Shown: positions 1 to 9,415 of the stretch, piece after piece
How the letters are laid out: each line of letters begins with the position of its first letter
Position numbering within the stretch: the first letter of the stretch is position 1
From: an uncultured bacterium
Lineage (GTDB): Bacteria; Babelota; Babeliae; Babelales; Babelaceae
Length of the DNA stretch: 64,000 bases
Assembly (NCBI GenBank): GCA_963824495.1
Contig: CAWGPQ010000014.1
Span: 32,001 to 96,000 of the forward strand
Direction: 5' to 3'
Program-made: the position numbers and the translations under genes
Notes under the pieces: generated by a model
Seen by the model: the letters and a program-made list of their open reading frames with translations, nothing else
The model's database searches: none
What the model was told of the DNA's origin: nothing

Positions 1-2
1 AT

Positions 3-278
3 ATTGTTGGTTCCAGTGAACACTGCTGTAATTTAATGACAGAATTTATAAGTGATACAAGAGTTCCTATAAGCTATTCACCGAAGTTCAGGGAGTATTA
101 TATACCTTTGGGTGGTTCGCATGCAATTCAATGCATCATATTTTGTCCTTGGTGTGGAGCGAGGCTCCCGAAAGATTTGAGGGATGAGTATTTCGATATT
201 ATCGAAAAAGAATATGAAGCAAAAAATCTGCCTGAAGAGTTTAAATGTAACATTTGGTGGAAAAAAAGAGGATTGTAA
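3..278 (+). CDS. Cys-rich hypothetical protein (DUF6980-like), probably 5'-truncated by the window edge
   Basis: Frame is open from position 3 (IVGSSEHCCNLMTEF...). HCC, FCPWCG and LRDEYF motifs resemble DUF6980 proteins as I recall them. Confidence 0.6.
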   Translation: MVGSSEHCCNLMTEFISDTRVPISYSPKFREYYIPLGGSHAIQCIIFCPWCGARLPKDLRDEYFDIIEKEYEAKNLPEEFKCNIWWKKRGL

Positions 279-321
279 AATTACCAAACTTCCCGGCACC
301 GCTATCGAAACCATTGATTCT

Positions 322-743
322 GTGGATATTTCTGTAAAGGTTATTAAAAGCAAGCCTGAGGTTATTAATGGAATCTCCTGTGTATGGGGTAGATACAAAT
401 TGGTGACTTCACAGAAAAGTTCATTATTCCTTTAGAATACTGGAGTCTTGAGGAATACCGGGAGCAATGGCGACAGGGCCTTGAAAGAATCAAGGCCCAT
501 AGTCAATCTTGTCTTGTAGCATCAATTCAAGATCCCAAAAAGGCTCCCTGGCTTAATTGGTGGATACTTTATAAAGAAGGTGATACGGTATTTGTTCGCA
601 ATAATCTATTTTGGGCAAGTTTATATAAGAAAAAGATAGGCAAGGAGCCCTTTACTATTGAGAATTGCTATAAATTTATACCAAAGCGTACTATTGTTAG
701 ACAAGGTGAACCCGAGATTTCCGAATGGAAGTTTACTTTATAG
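322..743 (+). pseudogene. CdiI-like immunity protein (Enterobacter cloacae CdiI type), frameshifted near 390
   Basis: Manual translation: GTG at 322 gives VDISVKVIKSKPEVINGISCVWG. After a frameshift, 393-743 reads IQIGDFTEKFIIPLEYWSLEEYREQW...SCLVASIQDP...WWILYKEGDTVFVRNN...ISEWKFTL*. The PLxYW, W.LY...V.V.NN and ISEW pattern matches CdiI-ECL as recalled. Confidence 0.65.
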
Positions 744-751
744 AAAAAGCA

Positions 752-1648
752 TCATTGATGCTGGATTGCGTTATACACAGCTTTTCTTTGTGTTGGATTA
801 GGCTCTTGCCAGAAGCTGGCATAGCGGTCTCCGCTTGAAAAGTGCCAATATTCATAAACGTAATTAATAAGCCCTGCTTGTGTTGCAGCTACTAATGCGT
901 ACAAGCGATTATTTTTTTGTGCATCAGATATATCTTCTGAAAAGGTTGGAGCGGTTGTATTTTTTCCCCAAATAACGCCAAATGGTCCAAGATCCACAAA
1001 TTGCTTATGATGGTTATCCCAAAGACGAATGTCAACAGCAGCCCCGGTCGAATGTACCGGTATATTATTACGCACAGGTGAAATCCATTTTGAAGTTTCG
1101 TTAAATACTTCATCAGCGCTCATGGATGGATTAGCTGCCTGAATTTCTTGTGCTTTACCCTTAAATAGTCTTTCTTGCGTTGTTACATCTCGTAATGCTT
1201 CAAATATTTTTATAATTATCTGACCCGGTGTATAGCCAAAATTTTGGGCCAGGATATCAAGTTGTTCAACCATTGTTTGAAGCTTTACAAATACTGTTGT
1301 GCGCATTTTTGATGCCGCCGTAAACCCTGAATTATAATCTGGGGAGGCAAAAGGATGTTCGGGTGTTGGAAGCATTGCTATACGATCAGTGCTAACCTCG
1401 TTATTACTGTCGATAAGTGGTTCATGACACTCGACAATTGGTATATTTTTGATAACCGTGTCGGCAATTTTAGGAGCTACGCCTTGAGCGTATGCATTGT
1501 ATTGAGATAGTATAAGCTGATATGTCGACTCACCCATAACTGCTTGTTTCTTATCGATATAGGTTTTCCAGTTCATTGCAGAGAGAATCGGGCTATTAAG
1601 CATGAGATATACCAGAATATTAATTTTTCTTATAGGTAGTAGTGACAT
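752..1648 (-). CDS. D-Ala-D-Ala dipeptidase, peptidase M15D (VanX/DdpX-like), with N-terminal signal-like segment
   Basis: HSTGAAVDI and EYWHF zinc-binding motifs; EALR at the DGYR position. Confidence 0.8.
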   Translation of the reverse strand: MSLLPIRKINILVYLMLNSPILSAMNWKTYIDKKQAVMGESTYQLILSQYNAYAQGVAPKIADTVIKNIPIVECHEPLIDSNNEVSTDRIAMLPTPEHPFASPDYNSGFTAASKMRTTVFVKLQTMVEQLDILAQNFGYTPGQIIIKIFEALRDVTTQERLFKGKAQEIQAANPSMSADEVFNETSKWISPVRNNIPVHSTGAAVDIRLWDNHHKQFVDLGPFGVIWGKNTTAPTFSEDISDAQKNNRLYALVAATQAGLINYVYEYWHFSSGDRYASFWQEPNPTQRKAVYNAIQHQ

Positions 1649-1666
1649 GTTTTTGTGAGCAGTGTG

Positions 1667-2314
1667 CTATTGTTTGCTTAACTCTTCAAATGAGATATCT
1701 CGTATAGGGTAATCTTGCCAGCCGTTAAAATCAAAATGCCACCATTCGTTTACCCAACCAATAAAACCGTGCTTATGCATGATGTGTTCTAAAAGTTTGC
1801 GATTGGTTAGAATATGAGCAGGAAAGTTCATAGAAGTGCGATGGGCTTTTTCAGTAAAGTCATCGAATTCGCTGCCCATCTCAAGTTCTTTGCCAGTTTT
1901 TGTATCGACTAACGTAACATCAACGGCACAGCCACGATTATGGCGAGATCCTTTTGCCGGGTTTGCAACATAACGTTCATCAGGCACGAGATTCCAAAAT
2001 ATTTTTTGCACTGAGAGGGGACGATATCCGTCAAAAACTTTTAAGCTTAGGCCAAGATCAAGAAATTCTTTTTGGGCTGCTTGCAAAGCTTGTGCGGCAC
2101 CTTCTTCAAGATAGCATTCTGCAACAGTGTATACTGGTACGCCAGTAAAGTTGTTGGCTGTTGCATAGCGAATATCAAGTTTAATTGTGGGGTCGATTTT
2201 TATTAGTTTCACGAGTTTTGCTCCTAATTCATGATGAAGAGAAAGAAGATAAAGCAAGGAGTATGCTATATACGATACGTATCTTTTTGTTAAAATATTC
2301 ATAAAAATATTCAT
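1667..2314 (-). CDS. ddpX: D-alanyl-D-alanine dipeptidase (VanX/DdpX family)
   Basis: DIRYATANNF, VFDGYRP, SRHNRGCAVDV and EWWHF motifs. Confidence 0.9.
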   Translation of the reverse strand: MNIFMNILTKRYVSYIAYSLLYLLSLHHELGAKLVKLIKIDPTIKLDIRYATANNFTGVPVYTVAECYLEEGAAQALQAAQKEFLDLGLSLKVFDGYRPLSVQKIFWNLVPDERYVANPAKGSRHNRGCAVDVTLVDTKTGKELEMGSEFDDFTEKAHRTSMNFPAHILTNRKLLEHIMHKHGFIGWVNEWWHFDFNGWQDYPIRDISFEELSKQ

Positions 2315-2483
2315 GGTAAAACCCTTATGCGAGCTAGTAAGATATCAAAATGGATTATTGATCTTGATGAACGTACCTGTAATATTAAATGTTTCTTGCA
2401 AATGTGCAACTAATGCCTTGGGATCGACTATTTCGGTAGCATATAGTTTTTTGTTGCATAAAACTCCAAATAATTTTTCCATT

Positions 2484-3086
2484 CTATTCTTTAAGTGGAC
2501 AAGCAGGATACACCGCATGAGGATTTTCGTTCTCTTGATGTATAGGGCAGTTGCAATAGTTTATCATATCAAGATGGGAACTAAAAATAGTAGTTAGATA
2601 TTGGCCATTTTCATCTCCTTGACCAAGGGCGAGAACAAATGGAGTTATTTCAAGTAAGCTATCATTAAAATGAGCAACTTTAAGTTCTTTAATACGAGCA
2701 AGTGTTAAATGTGGCCTATAGAGCTCCCCCATATCGCTAATGCATTGTATATTGTATGTTTTAAGGGTCTCAACAACTATGTGATGAAGCTTAACTAATC
2801 CAGGCTCTCTTTCTACAGAAAGTGAAGCTCCCCATAGATTTTTAGCCTTTTTAGTAAACCCCATCCCTGTAAATTTTGGTTGGGGAATATCAGTTATATG
2901 GTCTTGAATGGTATGCCAAATATCTAATAATGCATCTTTGTCACTTAGATAAAACTGAGCTAAAGTGACATGTGGCAAACTACTACCCGATAACAAATAC
3001 CCTTCTGAAATTGCTGAAAATTGCTCTTGGGCCTCTTGGATAAAAGGATTGGGGATAGCAGCCAAAAGAGCAATAATATATCTCAT
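2484..3086 (-). CDS. 2H phosphoesterase (2'-5' RNA ligase-like) family protein
   Basis: Two HxT motifs (PHVTL, PHLTL); likely start MRYIIALL at 3086 rather than 3194. Confidence 0.75.
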   Translation of the reverse strand: MRYIIALLAAIPNPFIQEAQEQFSAISEGYLLSGSSLPHVTLAQFYLSDKDALLDIWHTIQDHITDIPQPKFTGMGFTKKAKNLWGASLSVEREPGLVKLHHIVVETLKTYNIQCISDMGELYRPHLTLARIKELKVAHFNDSLLEITPFVLALGQGDENGQYLTTIFSSHLDMINYCNCPIHQENENPHAVYPACPLKE

Positions 3087-3268
3087 AGGAAAAGCCTCTC
3101 GCTTTGTTGGACAGGGGAAAAGAGCGTATAGCCAACAAGGATAACACTGCTTCTTGTAGCAAGCAAGATACCATTGCTTGAGGTGGACTTTCATCTAAAA
3201 ATATTAGGATACCAAAAGGCCTGAAAATATGCTAAACTCTTATTGAGATATAATTAAATGGTAAACTT

Positions 3269-4048
3269 ATGAAAACAAATATTATTGCTATCGGTGGTGG
3301 CAATATTAAAGCTGGTGAAACTCTTAGTATTGATCGCACCATAGTTGAGCAAGCAAACAAAAATAATCCACGATTGCTGTTTATCCCAACGGCAAGCTCT
3401 GATCCCGGTGTCAAAACGCGGCTTGATAGCAAAGAAAAGATTATTGCGCTTACGCTTGATCTTTGTGGTTCGCCTCACGACGGTTGCGATTACCGCTATG
3501 TTCGCTTTTTTGAAGAAGAAAATATACCAGTTACGATTTTTGTTACGGGCAATTGGATTAAAAATCACCCCGAAGATTTCGAGTGTTTAGTACGAAACCC
3601 GTTATGTGATATTCAAAATCATGAAAATAATCATAAGCCATGCTCGACACAGGGAAACTCCATATATGGTATAGAGGGGACTAAAAATGTCCAAGAGGTT
3701 ATAGCTGAAGTTGAAGATGGCGCCGATACTATAAAAAAGCATACGAAAAAAAAGCCATGTTTTTATAGATCAGGTACTGCCTATTATGACGAAGTGGCTG
3801 TAGAAGTTATTCAGGAACTCGGCTACGATGTTATTGGCTTTAACGTTTTAGGTGACAAAGGGACGACGTATTCGAGAGAACAAGTCTTTGAGGCTCTTAT
3901 ACAGGCGCAGCCTGGATCAGTTGTTATTCTGCACATGAATCATCCAAAAAAAGAATGTGCGCTGGGGGTAATTGCCGCTATTAAAGAGTTAAAGCGACAG
4001 GGATTTAAGTTCGTTAAGTTGATTGATTACGCTGATATCTTGCGTTAA
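3269..4048 (+). CDS. Polysaccharide deacetylase (CE4/NodB) fused behind a peptidase E-like N-terminal fragment
   Basis: IALTLDLCG, TIFVTG.W, NHENNH, FYRSGTAYYD, LHMNHP are CE4-like. The first ~45 aa (IIAIGGG...LLFIPTASSD) resemble the peptidase S51/PepE N-terminus. Confidence 0.75.
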   Translation: MKTNIIAIGGGNIKAGETLSIDRTIVEQANKNNPRLLFIPTASSDPGVKTRLDSKEKIIALTLDLCGSPHDGCDYRYVRFFEEENIPVTIFVTGNWIKNHPEDFECLVRNPLCDIQNHENNHKPCSTQGNSIYGIEGTKNVQEVIAEVEDGADTIKKHTKKKPCFYRSGTAYYDEVAVEVIQELGYDVIGFNVLGDKGTTYSREQVFEALIQAQPGSVVILHMNHPKKECALGVIAAIKELKRQGFKFVKLIDYADILR

Positions 4049-4058
4049 AGAATGGCAA

Positions 4059-4583
4059 ATGAAACATCTCTATGCGCCGTGGCGTGGATCATATGTACGA
4101 GACAGTGAACGAGAAGTGGACCCTAATGATATATCCCACTGTATCTTTTGCCGGCAGCTTGAGCAATCATGCGACAGCGATAATTTTATTATACGGCGCT
4201 TTGAGCATGTAGCTGTTATTCTGAACCTATACCCTTATAATCCTGGGCATATTTTAGCAGTTCCCTATGCACATGTTCCAGCCCTACCAGATCTTACGCC
4301 TGAGGCCCGTTCTGAGCTGATGCAGGTAATAAGCGATAGTACCCAGATCTTGCATGGCGTACTTAATAATGACGGCGTCAATGTAGGCATAAATTTAGGA
4401 GGTAAAGCTGCTGGTGGAAGCGTGCCTGGCCATCTTCATGTTCATGTGCTACCGCGTTGGCTAGGAGATACAAATTTTCTTCCGACATTAGCAGATACTA
4501 AGCAGATTTCAGCAAACTTGCACGAAGTTTATCGGCAGCTTAGGGAAACATTTGATGTCTTTTATACGAAAAGCACAGGCTAA
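4059..4583 (+). CDS. HIT family hydrolase (Ap4A phosphorylase-like)
   Basis: LYAPWR, CIFC, LNLYPYNPGH and HLHVH triad; start MKHLYAPW at 4059. Confidence 0.9.
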   Translation: MKHLYAPWRGSYVRDSEREVDPNDISHCIFCRQLEQSCDSDNFIIRRFEHVAVILNLYPYNPGHILAVPYAHVPALPDLTPEARSELMQVISDSTQILHGVLNNDGVNVGINLGGKAAGGSVPGHLHVHVLPRWLGDTNFLPTLADTKQISANLHEVYRQLRETFDVFYTKSTG

Positions 4584-4671
4584 ACAAAATTCGTCAAAAT
4601 TCCTAAAATCCTGTATTCTAAGATAAAATAGCCCTATTTGTGTTATCGTACATCGTGAGAGAGGTACTCTT

Positions 4672-7269
4672 ATGGGTTCCCAGGAAATTCGTCAAAAGTT
4701 TTTTGATTTCTTTATTCGTCATGGACACACCAAAGTGCCCAGCTCTTCGCTTATTCCTGCCCATGATCCGACACTTCTGTTTGCTAACGCGGGCATGAAC
4801 CAATTTAAAGACGTCTTCTTAGGCAAAGAAAAGCGTAGGTATACACGTGCTGTTTCTATTCAAAAGTGCATGCGTGCCGGTGGCAAGCATAATGATCTCG
4901 AAAATGTTGGTTTTACGGCACGCCACTTAACATTTTTTGAAATGATGGGTAACTTCTCGTTTGGTGATTATTTTAAGAAAGATGCTATCCGCTTTGCATG
5001 GGATTTCTTAACTCAAGAGCTTAGCTTGCCTCAAGAGAAGCTTTTTGCAAGCGTTTATAAGCACGATAATGAAGCTTACGATATTTGGCACCGTGATATA
5101 GGTTTACCTCATGAGCGCATCTCACGGTTAGGAGAAACAGATAATTTTTGGCAAATGGGTGACACTGGTCCTTGTGGGCCCTGCTCAGAAATTTATGTTG
5201 ATCGTGGTTTAGGGTATGGCTGTGCTACCCCTTCATGTGGCCCGGGCTGTGTATGTGATCGTTTTTTAGAAATATGGAATCTTGTATTTATGCAATATGA
5301 CCGTCAACCTGACGGTACTGATAAGCCTTTAGAGCAAACGGGCGTTGATACTGGTATGGGGCTTGAGCGCCTATGCGCTGTTATGCAAGAGAAAGGCTCT
5401 GTATATGAAACAGATCTCTTTACCGGTCTTATTCATAGCCTAGAAATAGTAACTGGTCGAATCTATGATCAAGCTTCACCTGAAATCAAAGCTGCTTTTA
5501 GAGTGCTTGCGGATCACATTCGTGCCTCCTGTTTTGCTATCGCTGATGGGTGCGTTCCCTCAAATGAGGGGCGGGGCTATGTTGTAAGAAAAATTATTCG
5601 ACGTGCTGCACTCTTTGCTCAAAAATTGAGCGATAAAAATATTTTCCCTGAACTAGCGCCCACGCTTATGGATCAGATGGGATCATTATATCCAGAGCTT
5701 GTTGCAAGCAAAGATCTTATAGTCAAGCTTATCACCAGTGAGATAGAAAAATTTGCCCATAATCTACTGCAGAGTCAAGCAATTTTAAATACATATTTGG
5801 CTGAGGGACAAGTTGAGCGGCGCATTACAGGCAATCAAGCATTTAAGCTCTACGATACCTATGGATTTCCGCTTGAGCTTACACAGGTTATTGCCCGTGA
5901 GCACCGGTTTACTGTTGATGTTAAGGGGTTTGAGGAAGAGATGGAACGCCAGCGTACGCAATCGGGAAAGAAGGGTCACCCAACCACCCATCAGCCTGAT
6001 CTTGTAAAATCGATAAGCACAGAATTTACGGGCTATACAGAACTTGAAACTCGGTCAATGGTGACTGCTTTATTGATCGATGCAACACCTACAGAACGTG
6101 TAACTCAGGGTCAGCGCTGCTGGGTTATCACGCAACGTTCACCATTCTATGTTGAAGGTGGTGGTCAGGTTAGTGATCAAGGATTGATTATAACTTCTCA
6201 TGGTGAGACGAGCGTTCTTAGCCTGAAAAGAATAGGGCAGGCGATAGCTGCTGAAATTATCGCTCCAGAAGATTTGCATATCAGTGATCAGGTAACGTTA
6301 GTTGTCGATGCTGAAAAGCGTCTTGATACTATGAAAAATCACACTGCAACCCATCTATTACAAGCGGCTTTACTTGCTGTTCTTGGCAAACAGGTCAAGC
6401 AAGCCGGGTCGCTGGTTGCTCCTGATTATTTACGCTTTGATTTTACGTATCCTGAAAATCTTACGGCAGAGCAAGTTAAGCAAGTCGAAGATCTGGTAAA
6501 TCGCAAAATCTGGGAAAATATTACCCTACGTATTACGTTCACTACGTATAAAGATGCCCTTGATCGTGGCGTTATAGCATTTTTCGGAGAGAAATATAAC
6601 CCTGAACATGTACGTGTTGTTGAAATTCCGGGCTCTTCTGCAGAATTATGTGGAGGAACTCATGTACGTGCTACTGGTGATATTGGTTGTTTCAAAATTA
6701 CCGATGTTTCGGCGCTTTCAGTTGGTGTGCGTCGTATAGTAGCAGTTACCGGTCCGGGAGCCTTATCGTTATTCCAGGAGAATTTTGCTCTCGTTAAAGC
6801 TTTATCCCAAGAATTTAAAGTTAAACCTACTGAGGCTCTTGATGCTGTTAAGAAACAAAGAGATCAGCTTAAATCGGCTCTTACTGAAATAAAAACTCTC
6901 AAAAAGCAATTCATACAAAAGCAGATTCCAGAATGGCTTACGCACGTACATCAGATAGGTTCATTGCCATTTCTGTATCTATCACTACAAGATACAGCAC
7001 CTGATGAATTACGTGATATTGCTGCACGTCTTATGCAGGCTAAGCCAGGCTTTTACTTCATTGTCTCGTCGGTATCTGATCGAGTATATTTCTTTGCTGG
7101 TATATCTCCTGAATACGGTAAGTTTATTGATCTCAAAGAATTTACCAAATGGCTTAAAGATTATGGACTCCAGGGTGGTGGTAGTGCTGTATCTGTTCAA
7201 GGAAGTGGTGCTCATCTTGACCCTGAGCTGCGTGAGAAAATTATGACACGGGTGGCGGAGAACACATGA
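4672..7269 (+). CDS. alaS: Alanine--tRNA ligase
   Basis: TLLFANAGMNQFK, HLTFFEMMGNFSFGDYFK, DTGMGLERL, NHTATHLL, ELCGGTH. Confidence 0.98.
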   Translation: MGSQEIRQKFFDFFIRHGHTKVPSSSLIPAHDPTLLFANAGMNQFKDVFLGKEKRRYTRAVSIQKCMRAGGKHNDLENVGFTARHLTFFEMMGNFSFGDYFKKDAIRFAWDFLTQELSLPQEKLFASVYKHDNEAYDIWHRDIGLPHERISRLGETDNFWQMGDTGPCGPCSEIYVDRGLGYGCATPSCGPGCVCDRFLEIWNLVFMQYDRQPDGTDKPLEQTGVDTGMGLERLCAVMQEKGSVYETDLFTGLIHSLEIVTGRIYDQASPEIKAAFRVLADHIRASCFAIADGCVPSNEGRGYVVRKIIRRAALFAQKLSDKNIFPELAPTLMDQMGSLYPELVASKDLIVKLITSEIEKFAHNLLQSQAILNTYLAEGQVERRITGNQAFKLYDTYGFPLELTQVIAREHRFTVDVKGFEEEMERQRTQSGKKGHPTTHQPDLVKSISTEFTGYTELETRSMVTALLIDATPTERVTQGQRCWVITQRSPFYVEGGGQVSDQGLIITSHGETSVLSLKRIGQAIAAEIIAPEDLHISDQVTLVVDAEKRLDTMKNHTATHLLQAALLAVLGKQVKQAGSLVAPDYLRFDFTYPENLTAEQVKQVEDLVNRKIWENITLRITFTTYKDALDRGVIAFFGEKYNPEHVRVVEIPGSSAELCGGTHVRATGDIGCFKITDVSALSVGVRRIVAVTGPGALSLFQENFALVKALSQEFKVKPTEALDAVKKQRDQLKSALTEIKTLKKQFIQKQIPEWLTHVHQIGSLPFLYLSLQDTAPDELRDIAARLMQAKPGFYFIVSSVSDRVYFFAGISPEYGKFIDLKEFTKWLKDYGLQGGGSAVSVQGSGAHLDPELREKIMTRVAENT

Positions 7270-7601
7270 TAACGAAACAGCTCTTTGTTCCACTTTTAGC
7301 ACAGCTTATTGGTGCATTTCTACTGGCTATAGGGTTTATCCCCTGTTTTGCGATGGCAAAACAGCCTTTTGAGCCATTTCTAATATGTAGTGTGAGTATC
7401 TGTTGTGCTCTTTTGCTCAACAATACCAAGTTTGGCAAAAACTACTATACGCATGCATCTTTGACTAAAAAGTTATTAGTTGCGGTAGTAATAGCAGTTG
7501 TATTCTGGTCTGGGGTATTTACAGTTGTTTATTGCACGAGAACGGTGTGGCATGGATCATATCTCATATATGATCAAATTTCTCGTGCTTGGTATAAATG
7601 A
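7266..7601 (+). CDS. Small membrane protein, NNTxFG paralog family
   Basis: About three hydrophobic segments; LLNNTKFGK...ASLTKKLL; overlaps the alaS stop. Confidence 0.6.
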   Translation: MITKQLFVPLLAQLIGAFLLAIGFIPCFAMAKQPFEPFLICSVSICCALLLNNTKFGKNYYTHASLTKKLLVAVVIAVVFWSGVFTVVYCTRTVWHGSYLIYDQISRAWYK

Positions 7602-7627
7602 ATGAACGATAATAGTGGTCATAAATA

Positions 7628-7927
7628 ATGGGCACGGAACAGCTCTTTCGCTTAAACTTAATAATTCTTGGTATTGTTTGTTGTGCTTACGTGCTCAACA
7701 ATACTGAATTCGGTGTACGACGTAAACAGGAATCTTTAGCGAGAAAACTGTTGTTTTGTTATACCGTATGGCTTATATATTGGGTACTCGTAACTGCTGT
7801 TATTTATGGTCATAATGTACACTGGTTTAGATTATATTATCATTTTTTACTGCTGACTTTTTTTGCTTTGGTGACAACGCTTCAGAAAATAATAACCAAA
7901 AATCGAATGGAAAAACGTGATAATTGA
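7628..7927 (+). CDS. Small membrane protein, NNTxFG paralog family
   Basis: VLNNTEFGV...ESLARKLL; hydrophobic segments. Confidence 0.6.
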   Translation: MGTEQLFRLNLIILGIVCCAYVLNNTEFGVRRKQESLARKLLFCYTVWLIYWVLVTAVIYGHNVHWFRLYYHFLLLTFFALVTTLQKIITKNRMEKRDN

Positions 7928-8126
7928 ACATGCTATTGGCAAAATAATACTTATTGGAAATATTTTGTCTATAATTGTAGTTAGTAATACTAGATTCGGC
8001 AAAAAGCTTATGCGTGAATCTTGGACTAAGCAGGTATCGATTTTAGTTATGTTATCGCTCGTATATTTCGTAGTGGGCTACTTAGTTGTTTATGGTATTA
8101 CGGGGGAAAGATTGCCATTATGGTAA
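7917..8126 (+). CDS. Small membrane protein, NNTxFG paralog family
   Basis: VVSNTRFGKK...ESWTKQV; two hydrophobic segments; overlaps both neighbours. Confidence 0.6.
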   Translation: MIIEHAIGKIILIGNILSIIVVSNTRFGKKLMRESWTKQVSILVMLSLVYFVVGYLVVYGITGERLPLW

Positions 8127-8554
8127 AGTTTAAATTAAAAGAATATTATGCGCTTAGTTTGGTGGCTTTAGTTGCATCTCAAGCATCAGGTGCATTGTTG
8201 GCTCATGAGTATACGCACGTAAAAAATAATAGCGTAAACAGTAATAGCATACTAACACGCATCATACATGATCCCCTCATGGACACTGTTGTCTTTGCAT
8301 CAGGTTTCGTTGCTGGATGGAGTTTTTCGCTTATTCGTATAGCAAAAGAGTTTCAAAAACAGCGTTGTTTCGGTTTGCGTGAAGAGTTAACGCAATTTTT
8401 TGCTGCTGCAAGCGTAGGGCTCGTTACCGGTGGTATGGCAAATAAAAAGTATGCTACACTTAAGTCACGCAATACGTTTGGTCAAACCCAGCAATTTGGG
8501 AGAGAGTCTAATGAAGATGTTAGAGAGCAGGTTAAAGAAACTGGTAGTGATTAA
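8120..8554 (+). CDS. Secreted protein with two Gly/Ala-rich hydrophobic helices (paralog of 9416-9790)
   Basis: Signal-like N-terminus; GFVAGW and FAAASVGLV motifs. Confidence 0.55.
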   Translation: MVKFKLKEYYALSLVALVASQASGALLAHEYTHVKNNSVNSNSILTRIIHDPLMDTVVFASGFVAGWSFSLIRIAKEFQKQRCFGLREELTQFFAAASVGLVTGGMANKKYATLKSRNTFGQTQQFGRESNEDVREQVKETGSD

Positions 8555-9377
8555 GTGCTTATTGTTTGTAGTATTATTTGCCCATGCAGAACAAAAAGCA
8601 ATTGAGTATGTTACTATTGCTATTCTCGCCAAAGATAAAGCACATGCGTTGCCCTTGTATCTTGCCTGTATCGAAGCCCAAACGTGGCCTGCTAACAAAA
8701 CCTATCTCTATATTCGAACAAACAATAACAATGATACTACGTCAGCTATTTTGCTGGAGTGGATTGCGAGAGTTCGTGAACGCTATGCAGGTTTTTATTT
8801 CGATGATACTGATATCCCAGAGCCTGTTCAAAAGTATGGGCAGCATGAGTGGAATTCTCAACGCTTTAAGGCTTTGGGTAAAATTCGACAAGCTTCAGTT
8901 GACTGGGCTCATCAGCATGAATCCCACTATTTTGTAGCTGATTGTGATAACTTTATTAAGCCTTGTACGCTTGAGGCGCTGGTAAATACAGATCTTCCGA
9001 TTGTAGCACCTCTTTTACAAACGGGTAATAATGCTTATTCAAACTATCATGCTGCAATTGATGAGCAGGGATATTACGCAAGTTCGCCTTTTTATCTACC
9101 ACTGCTTAATCGTGAGATACGGGGATTAATTCAACTTCCTGTAGTGCATTGCACATATTTTATTAGATATGACGTGCTTGATGAAATGTCTTATGATGAT
9201 GAGAGTTATCGCTACGAATATGTTATTTTTAGCGATACTGCCCGAAAAAAATCAATCCCTCAATATCTTGATAATCGGGAGGTATATGGCCGCATAAGCT
9301 TTGCTGAAGATAGATCTCAATTAGCAGAGGAGCCTTGGTTAGAAGAATTTGCCTTTTTATCAGCTCAAGCTCATTGA
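8547..9377 (+). CDS. Secreted GT-A glycosyltransferase resembling the N-terminal domain of procollagen galactosyltransferase (COLGALT/PLOD-like)
   Basis: IAILAKDKAHALPLYL, NNDTTSAILLEW, ADCD (DxD), VAPLL, YSNY, GYY, PVVHCTY; probable GTG start at 8547 with signal peptide ...LFAHA. Confidence 0.7.
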   Translation: MIKCLLFVVLFAHAEQKAIEYVTIAILAKDKAHALPLYLACIEAQTWPANKTYLYIRTNNNNDTTSAILLEWIARVRERYAGFYFDDTDIPEPVQKYGQHEWNSQRFKALGKIRQASVDWAHQHESHYFVADCDNFIKPCTLEALVNTDLPIVAPLLQTGNNAYSNYHAAIDEQGYYASSPFYLPLLNREIRGLIQLPVVHCTYFIRYDVLDEMSYDDESYRYEYVIFSDTARKKSIPQYLDNREVYGRISFAEDRSQLAEEPWLEEFAFLSAQAH

Positions 9378-9415
9378 GCAAGGGCGAGCACTCCCATGGC
9401 CGAAAGATTAATACT

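Noticed and set aside
184..435. 83-aa ORF as an independent gene
   Set aside because: Overlaps the upstream gene; only 322-390 appears real, as the start of the frameshifted CdiI-like gene
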